Source: Gekko japonicus
Lineage: Eukaryota
Length of the DNA stretch: 59,958 nucleotides
Direction: 5' to 3'
NCBI RefSeq assembly: GCF_001447785.1
Contig: NW_015165871.1
Coordinates: forward strand, 1-59,958
The first letter of the stretch is position 1; every line of letters starts with the position of its first letter. The notes below the pieces were generated by a model. That model saw nothing but the letters and a program-made list of their open reading frames with translations. It ran no database searches and had not been told where the DNA came from. Positions 1 to 11,712 of this stretch are shown one piece after another. A program made the translations under genes and the position numbers.

Positions 1-1539
1 GAATGACAATGGCAGCTAGCTGACAATCACGAAGGGTCATGGGTCCAGGACTACTTGCGTCGCTTGTATTGTTCACTTTTTCAACCAGCGGTCTCTTGTG
101 TTTTGCTACAGACAGACTAACAGGGCTTGCATCTAGCTGAACACAGTTTCAGAAACACCCGTTAGGGTTTTACTGAACAAGCATTCTGAGAGAGACTTCT
201 CTCTTGCAGCCTTGGGTTGTTCCCAGATCAAGTCTGAAGCAAAAGTGTTTGAGACACTGAACTTTGACACCATTTACATTCTGCTGCAAGGTACCATCAC
301 TTCAGGAACAAGAAACTGGTGTTGTCCAACTTTCTAGCTAGTTCATGGATCCCCAGACACAGGAGTGTTTTCCCTTTGGCCCATCTGGGTGTTCTTTCTT
401 GGGGTGGGGGGAGGTATGGTGGTGGGCCACTTCAGGAGTGCTTCTGCTCCTGCACAACGGAGGAAAAATGGCTGAGGCAGTGCCCCTCCTGTAATGACCC
501 CTTGGGTATCTCTTACACCCACCCCCCTGCAAATCCTGGAAAGGTCGGAGGAATGGGGGGGCCCTCCTTTCTGCCTGCAGCCCTTCACTCTGGAACTTCC
601 TCGGACAGAGTGGCCGGATCCTGCACAGCCACCAGAGTCTACCAAGGTCCACAAGTGTTGATCCAGTGACATTTGTTTGCTTTTCAATCTATATTTTAAT
701 GGAAGATTGTCTATATATTCTTATAACCACTTTGTTAATGTATGTTTTATTCTGCTGGGCCATGGCCGTAATAAATTATTGAACTGAATTGTAGCCCCAT
801 GAAATATGATCAGTCAGGAGTCAGATCTTTTGCCAGCAGAACAGAGAACTTCCTTGAGTTAAGGAGCTTATATAAAATAAAGCATAACTCTTTTTGTTAG
901 ACAAGAACGTAATGGACATACACAGGTGCAAGTTAACCCTACAAGTAGCAGGGGGGAAACCTTAAGCAGTCAAAAGCCAGCATTTCTGAAGCTTAACGAA
1001 ATCATCCGCTTTGTGCTCCCCCAAGAAGTGGTGGTCTCCTCTGGCTGGAAGCCACCAGCAGATATACCCTGATTAGATCCCTGTATGGTAACTTTGTAGA
1101 GAAGGGGGCAGGAACTACAAGAAATCTTTCTGGCTCTAACATGTGGTTGTCCTCTAAATAAAGCAAATTGATCCCTAAAGGGATTATGCAAATAAACTAG
1201 AAGACTTCTTAACTGCCATTACATTCTCAAAGCAAGGCTATAAGGCTAAAATTGGCACTTGTTCACAACTAGTAAAGAACAATACACCAGCTATTTATTA
1301 GCTGCACTAGTGAGGGGGTCAGGTGGAGACGCAGTCCTGGACTTATGTCTCCAAACCCCTCAGCCAGATAGCAGAGCCCCCCCACCCCATCAACGGCTGC
1401 AGATATGTCCAAAGGAGGCAACAAAGCAGCCCTGCCGTGGTCAGCATGCGGACAGAGAGCATCGACTGAAGCCACTAGAGCCATCTCTGTCCCAGAGCCT
1501 GGCCTGAAGCAAGACCGAAAAGGGACTAGAGCAGTTGCA

Positions 1540-2095
1540 TGGAACTGCAGAGGGGCCATCAAGCCCAGCACCCCCTGCCCAGTGCAGGATCAGTCTAGAG
1601 CATCCCCGACAAGTGTTCCTCCAGCTGCTGCTTGAAGACTGCCAGGGGGAGAGAGCAGAGCGCACCACCTCTCTAGGCAGTCGATTCCACTGTGGCACAA
1701 CTCTGACTGTAAACAGATTTCCCCCTAATATCCGGCAGGTACCTTCCTGCCCTTAATGTAAACCCATTCTTGTGAGGCCAACAGGAACAGCTCCCTGCCC
1801 TCCTCCAAGCCACAGGCTTCCAAAGACTTTGAGAGAGCAACCGTGTCCCCCCCCCCCTCCCCAGACTGAACATTCCCAAGAAGTCCCTCAGCCTTTTTTC
1901 TCGCAGGGCTTCTTGGCCTCCAGGGGCCCCCCCCATCCTCCTCCTCCTCGCTCTCCTCTGCACCTGCTCCATTCTGTCCGCATCGCTTTTGAAGCGAGGC
2001 CCCCAGAACTGCACACACAGGGCTCCAGGTGTGGCCTGACCTGCGCCAGGGATGACGTCTGGCAGTCTGGATGTGCTGCATCACCCACAACCTGG
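1540..2095 (-). mobile_element. Old, diverged CR1 LINE 3' fragment
   Basis: Minus-strand translations QFWGPRFKSDADRMEQVQRRA, LGMFSL and QWNRLPREVV match the CR1 ORF2 C-terminus; frameshifted; boundaries approximate. Confidence 0.8.
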
Positions 2096-2174
2096 AGTTG
2101 TTCCACCTGCCCTGTCTCAATCATGGTGCCCAGAAAGGGCAGGAATTGGGGGAGGGGGGGAGAGAGAGTATAAG

Positions 2175-2593
2175 TGTTGGGATTCTTTTGAGTAAGTCAG
2201 CAGAGTATTAAGAGACTGAGTCCATGGTGTGTTTTAAAATATAAAAGTTTACTATAAACCTAACATGGGAAAAAGGTACACAGGATATAAAATAACAAAG
2301 AGCAAATATGGCTGCATCCTTACAGCTAAAAGGTAAAACGGGAATGGCCGGCGTCTTCTTCCTTAGTCAGAACAAAGAGAGGAAGGAGAAGCCAATATGC
2401 TAAATACTTGACACCTTGGTTTCCAATCAGACTAGCAAGTTAGCTCCAAAGTTCCCGGGCATTCTATTGTCTAAACAGATTGGTTACAAACAAACATGTG
2501 ACTTCCTGTTGATCATAACAAACATCATTAACCCTGTAAATACTGAAGTGTTTTGACTTGTAACACCCAACAATAAGTCAAGTTGGAATAACA
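2175..2593. mobile_element. Possible solo LTR
   Basis: AT-rich ~420 bp block bounded by TGTT...AACA in a GC-rich context; no clear TSD. Confidence 0.3.
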
Positions 2594-2694
2594 AAACCTG
2601 GCGGAGACGTGTGCCGTGAAAGTGGACCTGATCAGGCGCTCTAAGGTACCCCCCCCCCCAGTGGCTATTAGCCACAAGGTATAGATAGGGGCTC

Positions 2695-2888
2695 TGGGGC
2701 AAGTGATGCTCTGTCATCTTGGTGCTTGGGGGGGGTCAACAGTGGGAGGGCTTCTAATGTCCTGGCCCCACCGGTGGACCTCCTGATGGCACTGGTATTT
2801 CTGGCCACTGTGTGACACAGAGTGTTGGACTGGATGGGCCTTTGGCCTGATCCAACATTGGCGTCTCTTATGTTCTTATGTTCTTATA
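2695..2888 (+). mobile_element. CR1 3' UTR fragment (young subfamily)
   Basis: ccactgtgtgacacagagtgttggactggatgggcctttggcctgatccaacattggcgtctcttatgttcttatg is nearly identical to the tail of the CR1 at 18391-18493; (TTCTTATG)n end. Confidence 0.85.
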
Positions 2889-3327
2889 AGTGCGGCCAAA
2901 AAAGGGGAGAAAAACACAACCCGACATGAGGAAGGTAACCAAAAAGGTTGAGACAAAGAAAAAGAAATTAAGACCTAGCTACGCAGGTCGGCTAATGTAC
3001 AAGATATGGCATATAACTGAATTATGCATTCAAAAGAGGAGGGAGGGGAGTGATGTGTGGCTCACCTCCCAGGACCCCGTATGGCTTTCCTTGGGGCTCC
3101 TCTTGGAGCAAGAGAAATCCGAAGGGCGGGGGCAAGGGGCCTGGAAGAGCCGGACAGCCTTCCCTCTCCCCCCCACCCCCAGGGAGGGAGGAAGTGGGGC
3201 TCCTCGCTCCCAGCACGAGGTGGTGGTTGAGCCTTGCCCAGGGCTGGGTGGGTGGTGGGCGAGCGGCTGGAGGGCTCCGGAGCACACTCTTCTCTTCTCT
3301 TCNNNNNNNNNNNNNNNNNNNNNNNNN

Positions 3328-3452
3328 GAAAGAGTGGCAGAACTGGAGCAGGAGATCTCCGAGGCCAAGGAGGAAATGTCCCGGTACCTGCGGGAGTACC
3401 AGGAGCTGCTGAATGTCAAGATGGCCTTGGACATCGAGATAGCTGCCTACAG
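3328..3452 (+). CDS. IF gene penultimate exon (coil 2B)
   Basis: [42 protein letters not shown]; 125 bp ending AG|GTAAGG, the size and phase of NEFL/NEFM/INA exon 2; acceptor falls in the N gap after a pyrimidine tract. Confidence 0.92.
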
Positions 3453-6400
3453 GTAAGGCCAGCGGCCGGCAGGGCACCTCCCCGCTCTGTGCAGAGGCCG
3501 AGGAGGAGGGTGGCAGGGTGAGGACGCAGCAGAGCCCAGGTCACCAGGGGGAGAGGGGGGGCAGGGGGAGAATGGGGTTGGGGGAGGAAGGGGAGGAGGG
3601 AGAAGCCTGGTGGGGAGGGCGCAGGTGGGGCAAAGGCCAGGCACTGAGCAGCAGGATTCGATCCTCGGCACCCCCCAAGCCTCTTGGTGTCGGTCGCTAG
3701 TCCTGGGGAAACTTAAGGGGAGCTGATATGCGGGGGGGGGGGGGGCGTNNNNNNNNNNNNNNNNNNNNNNNNNNNNNNNNNNNNNNNNNNNNNNNNNNNN
3801 NNNNNNNNNNNNNNNNNNNNNNNNNNNNNNNNNNNNNNNNNNNNNNNNNNNNNNNNNNNNNNNNNNNNNNNNNNNNNNNNNNNNNNNNNNNNNNNNNNNN
3901 NNNNNNNNNNNNNNNNNNNNNNNNNNNNNNNNNNNNNNNNNNNNNNNNNNNNNNNNNNNNNNNNNNNNNNNNNNNNNNNNNNNNNNNNNNNNNNNNNNNN
4001 NNNNNNNNNNNNNNNNNNNNNNNNNNNNNNNNNNNNNNNNNNNNNNNNNNNNNNNNNNNNNNNNNNNNNNNNNNNNNNNNNNNNNNNNNNNNNNNNNNNN
4101 NNNNNNNNNNNNNNNNNNNNNNNNNNNNNNNNNNNNNNNNNNNNNNNNNNNNNNNCGTGCAGAATGCTGTGGGCTCAGGGGCAGAGCATCTGCTTGCGGG
4201 GACAGGTTAGGAAGCTGAAAATGCTGGGGGGGGGAATGGATCCTCCTTGGGGGGTCCCCTTGCCTTTGCAGTCTGTGTCTGTCAGGGATTTCAGGTAGAA
4301 AGCAGAGATAATAAATGCAGCAGAACATTTGCATTCACTTTTAAAGAGAAAATGAGGGAAGGGTCCCTGGGAGAGTACTACAGACACAACAAAAGATTCT
4401 CTGACTATCTGTTGGGATTCTTAATTCAGGGTCGATGGTTGTATTGCAAACACAAGAGCCACACTTAGTAAAAGAAAAATATCTTTACTATAAAAACAAA
4501 ATAAAACATGGGCATGGTACTTTGGATAAAAGAAATAAAATGAANNNNNNNNNNNNNNNNNNNNNNNNNNNNNNNNNNNNNNNNNNNNNNNNNNNNNNNN
4601 NNNNNNNNNNNNNNNNNNNNNNNNNNNNNNNNNNNNNNNNNNNNNNNNNNNNNNNNNNNNNNNNNNNNNNNNNNNNNNNNNNNNNNNNNNNNNNNNNNNN
4701 NNNNNNNNNNNNNNNNNNNNNNNNNNNNNNNNNNNNNNNNNNNNNNNNNNNNNNNNNNNNNNNNNNNNNNNNNNNNNNNNNNNNNNNNNNNNNNNNNNNN
4801 NNNNNNNNNNNNNNNNNNNNNNNNNNNNNNNNNNNNNNNNNNNNNNNNNNNNNNNNNNNNNNNNNNNNNNNNNNNNNNNNNNNNNNNNNNNNNNNNNNNN
4901 NNNNNNNNNNNNNNAGGGAAGACAGAAAAGTAAATCCAAGGTGTGGTGATCATACAAAATGTTCACAAATATGGCATAAACATACACTTTCAGTTGTTGA
5001 CCTTGAAGGTGACAATTAGATATGTCGCTTATAGAAGCTCTAGCCCCTATTGACTGTTTGGAGTATATTGCTATAACATATTTAGATTTCTCATATGCAA
5101 ACATCAGGTATCCTCATCATCTCTTAACCTTTAAAATATCAATTTCTACCCGTCTGGCTGTTGTGTTCTGCCCATCTGGCTATTTAAAAGTTCTTATCAG
5201 CTCCTGGCTGTGATCAGGGCTGGCTCGAAGTGTTTCTGTGCCCTAGGCGAGGCTGCCTTGTGGCGCAGATGCCAACCTCTCGGTGGGGCCTGGAGACTTG
5301 GAGACCTCTGGAGCCAGCCACCCTTTTCTACCGCTGCCGCCTCCCCCCCCCCACCGGCAGCTGTCGGACCCGGCGAGCACATCCCACACATTACTGCAGC
5401 ACCCTCCAAGATGGAAGAGAGATTTCTCTTGTGCTCCGTTTCCGAAGGCAATTTGGGAGGGAGATGGGGGGGGATCCTGTCTCCAGGCGGGGGATGCTCG
5501 CTGAATGCCTCTCCCCAATTAGCGAAGTGCTGACATTTGGAGAGCTGCTCGCGGGCTTTTGCCAGGGGGGGGGAGGGGGAGGCACAGCTCGGTGCCCCAT
5601 CCAGGGCCCAGCGCTCTAGGCAAATGCCTAGTTCGCCTACTGGGTGAGCCGGCCCTGGCTGTGATCCTCCCAGCATCCAAAATTGTTTAAATTGAATTGC
5701 TAAATAGAACAGACCTTGACTTAAATATATTTCTTGCCAAGACACCTATCATTTAAAGTCTTATGTCAGAAACCCATTTAAGCATCAAATCACATCCCCT
5801 CAGACCATAATTGCAATCCTATCAATCTCATATTTTAAAGTTAATGTAGCCTAATTTAGTTGAGTTTATTAAGATCCTTTCAAGAAGGCTTCGAAATCTC
5901 TTCCATTTCCAATGCTAATCTGAATCATTATGATATTATTTTCCAAAAAATTTCATTTAAATTTCGTTTGAACAACCATTACCATCCATCCTCCTTTTAT
6001 ATATGAACCCTTCACCCCTCTTTTACATAGAACATAAAACACACACACCCGCTTAGAGGGAACACTGCCCCCCCACAGAATCTTGTCCTTAAAAATCTTC
6101 TTCAGTCAGCAAATCATATTATTAATAGTTAATATCTTCTGGAAGTCCCTATAGAAAAAACAAAAAGTAAAGCTTTCTCCTGAACAATTAAACCAGATAT
6201 CGACTTTTCTCTCAGCATTATAGATCATACAAATCCTTCCTTCTCTTAGCACTGCCCTCCCCTCTTAAGTATATATTTTTTATTATTTACTGGGAGGAGA
6301 ATTGCCTCCCGCCCCCCGCCCCCCCGCCTTTCAGAGGAGGGCTTCGCTCCGTCACTGCCCTTCTCTGGAGTGCTTGTTCCTGGAGGAGACTCAGTTTCGT

Positions 6401-8997
6401 TTTAATTCTTGCTATGCCATCCAACGCCATTTTCTGGGTTTATCTTCTTTTTATTTCCAAGTTACAAAGGTCCCATATATCCATCTGTTCATTTCGCTGC
6501 CTCTTATGATTCTCTAATTTACCGAGGTATTTACAGCCTCCTTGAAAAGAGAATTTTCAATGCCTGTTAGAGATGTTTGCCAATGATTACACAGTTGTTT
6601 TATCTTTCGAGGGAGGTTTCCCTCCCTCTGTCTGCTGAAAATGGATTGCTGCCGTTCATAGATCTGTTTACATGGTCTTTGAAGAGGAAAATTTCCACTG
6701 CTTATATCGGCACTTCATCATCAGTAAGTTTTTCAGTTCAGTCCTTTCTTCTCTCTATGTCCCCTTATAAATTGTGACTTCCATTGTTGTACGGGTGTGT
6801 GTGGGGGATTTGCCTCTCCCCTCACTTCTTTTTTAGGGATAGACTTTGCTTCTCTCCGACCCTTTCAAGGATGCTAACAGTCTTTATAAAAACAAACAAA
6901 CTTTTGCCACTTCACTCTAGCCTTTCCCAGCCAGAAATCCTGCTTCCCACTGACCTTTTCCAACCTGACAGACAATATATCTTTTCAGTCAATATTTTTC
7001 AAGTCCCGAAATGTTTGCTTAGATGCTAATCAGTTCTTAAACCTTCACCAATCTCCATCACAGTCCCTTCAAGCTCTGTTCATCCAGTCATAATTATTAC
7101 TTTCATCTGGGGGGGGGGCATTTACCCCTCCCATGCTTGCCAGGATGAACTTCGCTTCCCTCTAGTGCTTCATTCCACTTTTACTCGCTCTTCTTCCGTC
7201 GATTCATCGATTTTGCCAATTTGCTTACTTGATATTTGATCACCATTTGCTTGGTCGGTGTGTGTGGCTTAAGTCCAGTACTGGAACATAGCAGGGAGGC
7301 CATCGAGGCAAAAGGACGCCTCAACCCCCCAGCAATGAGCTGGGGGGGTGACGAACCTCAGCACCTCCTGATCCAGCGCCCATCCCTCGGGTTCTGGGGG
7401 GATGTGCACAATCACACCCCCTCTCTACCCGCTGGTTTGCATGTCTCCGGGAGCCCCCAGCAAAACCGGAAGTCAGCCATAAACTTTTCTAAGTCTCCAC
7501 ATGGGACATCTTTGGATCTATTGATTACCCAATTGTAGAGACCCTAACCTAGCTAGAGTGCAGTGGGGGTACCTTTAAGAGCAACAAAGGTTTATTCAAG
7601 GGTGTGCAAAGCACACTTTTCCAAATACAGTGGAATGGGAGGTAAGGTTCAAGCTTATAGACAAAGGCTGAGCAGCAAATCAACATGTAACATGATGAAG
7701 ATGTTTTAAGCTATGCAAAAACAGAATTAATTAACAAGCTAAGGTTATAAGGTCAACAGTTGTAAAGCAATAGATCTGTCGAAATAGATCTGAGACTCTC
7801 CATTCACTCTCAGAGCACGGAGGTCACTTAGCAGCATTTTTACTTCCTCTTTCGAGGTGGAAGCAGAGTGCCTGTTGGCCAAATCAATCTAACATTCCTT
7901 GTATAACATTCAGTATTCTAATATACTATTCTGAAAAAGAAATACAATAAAATACAGAGGATGTATAGTCCCTCTATATGAGAATACATATGTGAGGACT
8001 GAATGAGTTAGCATATGTAATGAGGTAAGAAACCAGTATCCTTGTTGAGTCCCGGGGAGGTCTTTGTTCCAAGTGTTGTAATCTCATAATTCAGCACTCA
8101 AACGCTCATACCTTGAATTAACCTTTGTTGGTCTTAAGGTGCCCGACTGGACTCTAAATTTGTTCTGCTGCTTCAGACCAACACGGCTGCCCACCTGGAC
8201 CAAACCTGGCTAATTATGCATTTCCACACCTTCCTCTGGCTGGCAAATACTGCATGGTCTGCCATTGGGTCTCTCTCTCTAATCAGCCAGGATATCAGCG
8301 TGCATCAACAAACATCTAAATTCTTCCATGACTGCAGGGAGAGAACTTGCAAACTCCAACAGTTTCTCAGCCCAACATGGGCTCAGGAAGTGTCTTGCAC
8401 GTTGAACACATTCCAGTCGGGCACCTCTGAGACCAACAAAGTTTTATTCAAGGGCTGAGCTTTCGTGTGCAAGGCCCACTTTTTCAAATACAGTGGAATG
8501 ACGGGTAAGGTTCAAACTTATAGCCAGAGAACGAACAGCAAATCAACATGTAACATGATGTTCAGGATATGCAAAGTGAAAACTAAAGAAGAAGTTAAGG
8601 TTTAGTTTTCACTTTGAATGTTGAGGGAGTGAGGTGGAAGGCAGGGACACCAGAAAGGTGCATGCGGGGGGGGGAGGAGGAGAGCCCCCCCCCCCGTCAG
8701 CCTTTGGCCAGAGGCTGCTTCCCGGCTGGGCCTCTGGTTGTGAGCCACAGAGCAGCCCTTCTGCCGGCCCTCCTCTCCCCCCCCCAGCCCTGCCGCTAAC
8801 AGGACAGGAGGCCACTCTGGCCTGCCTGCAGCAAGGACACGAGGGGGGGGAGGGCGTGGGGGGCGCTATTGGAGTCACGTGGGCTTCAGGGGTACTGGGG
8901 ACTTGACTGCTAAAGTCTCTCTCTCTCTGTTTTCAGGAAACTGCTGGAAGGGGAGGAGATGTGGTGGAGCTCTTCTTCGCAAATGACGCTGAAATGA
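3328..8997 (+). CDS. Type IV intermediate filament gene (neurofilament/alpha-internexin-like), last two coding exons; exon 1 apparently upstream of the window
   Basis: Exons 3328-3452 and 8937-8997 splice to ...[20 protein letters not shown]|[19 protein letters not shown], the IF coil-2B terminal signature. Confidence 0.88.
4460..7500 (-). mobile_element. Degraded L1-like LINE in IF gene intron
   Basis: Long AT-rich block, A-rich on the minus strand, with a GACTTCCGGTTTT motif at ~7481-7495 resembling non-mammalian L1 5' ends; no intact ORF; boundaries approximate. Confidence 0.4.
5215..5657. mobile_element. Non-autonomous hAT-type DNA transposon (MITE)
   Basis: TIRs CAGGGCTGGCTC / GAGCCGGCCCTG and perfect 8-bp TSD GCTGTGAT at 5207-5214 and 5658-5665. 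Confidence 0.9.
7545..8590. mobile_element. Penelope-like element remnants with direct and inverted terminal repeats
   Basis: Direct repeats ~7580-7700 and ~8435-8560; inverted repeat ~8125-8152 vs ~8412-8440; cagaccaacacggctgcccacctg end motif recalled from squamate Penelope-derived repeats. Confidence 0.55.
8937..8997 (+). CDS. IF gene terminal coding exon
   Basis: (TC)n-TGTTTTCAG acceptor then G AAA CTG CTG GAA GGG GAG GAG = (R)KLLEGEE, 12 more residues and TGA. Confidence 0.88.
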
Positions 8998-10924
8998 TGC
9001 CCACCCCCCCAGCTTCCTGCCTTCACGGCCATCCCATCCATGCTCCATGTGTTCCCTCACATGCCCCCCCCTCGGCCCAGTGAGAAGCTCCTCTCCCCCC
9101 TCCCTTCCTCAAAGACAGGCTTGCTTCGGAGTGCGTACAGGAGGAGAGGCCCCTGGGGGCCCGCCAGACTGACTCTGTGTTCTTTTGGGGGGCCAGGGGC
9201 CCATGTCTGTTTGAGGAGGGAGGGGGCTTCACCTTCATGGCCCTGGACTCGGCCCTCCTGCCTCCCCTCCCAGAGCCCCCCCCCCCGCTCCCTCAGCACC
9301 CCTCCCTGTCTGGGACGAGAAGGCCCGTCCAGGGGAGAGAAGTGGACCCTCCTCCGCAGGGGCTCCCTCGGCCCCAGTGGGCTCGCATGGCCGGCTGTGA
9401 CCAGGCCCACCCGGGGTCACATCCTTCTAAGTCCTGAGAAGCCAGAGAGTAGTTTGTGGCAGCCCTCTCCTCTCACAATCTTTTCCGCGGGGTTCACAAA
9501 GGCTACAGAATGGGGCATTTGTATGATTGATTGGGAAGGACTGTTTCCTGTACTTTCACAGAGGCTTCCTGCCGGAACAGACCTCCTGCGCTTGAATGTA
9601 GTTTATGGGGGGGGGGGGGCTGACACAAGCCCGGATGCCTCTCCTCCCCCTCCCCCTCCCTGTCCAAGCGCCCCGTGTCCTGGGCAACCAGAGCTGCAAC
9701 TGTACACGAATCCCTGCCCCCTCCTCATTTGGGGGGGGTGAAGCGTCACGCAATGACCCCCTGAGCCCCCGCCTCTCGGGCACTGATGGGGCTGAGGGAG
9801 AGCTGCCGTGTGCAGCCCAGAGGATCTTGGCGGGGGCTATAATAGCCTTTGGAGCCCCCCCTCTATCTTATACGTATGGGGAAGTCTCCCCCGCCCCCGC
9901 CTATACCTATTGTGGGGCAATTGGGAAGCTGCCCAGCCTCCCCCTGGGGTACAGAACTGTTCAGTAACACACCCCAAACCCACTGGGGCCCAGGGCCATT
10001 TGCCCCCTCCACAGGGGCCAACCCTTGAAGGGGGAGGGGTTGTGGGGGGAACTTGAGAGGCCACTTAATAGGGCCAGGATAAGGAGAGGTCCTTATCCCC
10101 CACCCCTCCCTTCCTCCCCACAGGGGACTGAAGGCACACAAGCAAAAACACCCCGGTCCCGGCTGAAGCAACGCAGGGCCTGGACCACATTTCCACATGT
10201 TTGCCCTCCCCCCCCCAGCACTGCCCCTTCACCNNNNNNNNNNNNNNNNNNNNNNNNNNNNNNNNNNNNNNNNNNNNNNNNNNNNNNNNNNNNNNNNNNN
10301 NNNNNNNNNNNNNNNNNNNNNNNNNNNNNNNNNNNNNNNNNNNNNNNNNNNNNNNNNNNNNNNNNNNNNNNNNNNNNNNNNNNNNNNNNNNNNNNNNNNN
10401 NNNNNNNNNNNNNNNNNNNNNNNNNNNNNNNNNNNNNNNNNNNNNNNNNNNNNNNNNNNNNNNNNNNNNNNNNNNNNNNNNNNNNNNNNNNNNNNNNNNN
10501 NNNNNNNNNNNNNNNNNNNNNNNNNNNNNNNNNNNNNNNNNNNNNNNNNNNNNNNNNNNNNNNNNNNNNNNNNNNNNNNNNNNNNNNNNNNNNNNNNNNN
10601 NNNNNNNNNNNNNNNNNNNNNNNNNNNNNNNNNNNNNNNNNNNNNNNNNNNNNNNNNNNNNNNNNNNNNNNNNNNNNNNNNNNNNNNNNNNNNNNNNNNN
10701 NNNNNNNNNNNNNNNNNNNNNNNNNNNNNNNNNNNNNNNNNNNNNNNNNNNNNNNNNNNNNNNNNNNNNNNNNNNNNNNNNNNNNNNNNNNNNNNNNNNN
10801 NNNNNNNNNNNNNNNNNNNNNNNNNNNNNNNNNNNNNNNNNNNNNNNNNNNNNNNNNNNNNNNNNNNNNNNNNNNNGCTGAGTTTACTCACTTGTAGACC
10901 TTCTTCACCAGGGCCCACGGGAGG

Positions 10925-11168
10925 TTAGAAGAAAAGCAGAGATTGGATTTATACCCCATGGCCCTTAGCAGCTTACAAACTGCTTTCCCTCCCCACAACA
11001 GACACCCTGTGAGGCGGGTGGGGCTGAGAGAACTGCCCTTGAGAGAACAGCTCTGATAGAACTGAGGCTTGCCCAAGGTCATCCAGCCAGGTGCGAGTGG
11101 AGGAGTGGGGAATCCAACCCGGTCCTCCCAGATTGGAGTCTGCGCACTTAACCACGACACCAAATGGA
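10925..11168 (-). mobile_element. tRNA-derived SINE (Squam3-like)
   Basis: Minus-strand head ccatttggtgtcgtggttaag...ccgggttggattcccc with Pol III A and B boxes; body shared with copies at 14349, 42617 and 51885. Confidence 0.75.
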
Positions 11169-11706
11169 CTTTAGAAAACAGCCCCACCTCCCAAATTTTC
11201 CTCCCATCAGTGCTGTTCAGAAGCAGCACCGGCAGGAGAGGCTCTCAGTCTGCTCTGCCACTGAAGTAGTTACTCAATTCCCCCCCCCAATAAATTAAGA
11301 CACACGTCCTTCCACGTATGTGCAAAGTGTGCCCAGTTGCCCTGCCCCCTCCCTGCAGCCAGGAAGGAAGCAACCAATTGTGGCCAGTTTGGGTCCACCT
11401 CCCTCCCCCCTTCTCCCCCTCAGGTGCATCTGTTTTGGGAGAGGGGTGTGCACGTGCACAGGCTGTGCTTGGAAGTCACGGCTGTTGCCTTTAGAAAGAT
11501 GCTCCTACCTCTGGTTTTCAATGATGGGCATTTTGCCAGAGTTTGTTATCCCCCCTCCCACCCCCTATGCCCTGTCTTAAAGGAATCTTTCTCCCCTGGG
11601 ATGGCTTCCTTGACTCTGCCGGTTAGCCACACTGGCATCCTCATTTAGACTCATCTATCTTTTCCACAGATGACATATGCAGCCTTTGAATTTTCAGTAC
11701 AGTGAT

Positions 11707-11712
11707 TTTATT
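11707..11712 (-). terminator. Candidate DQX1 polyadenylation signal
   Basis: AATAAA on the minus strand in an AT-rich stretch downstream of DQX1. Confidence 0.35.
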
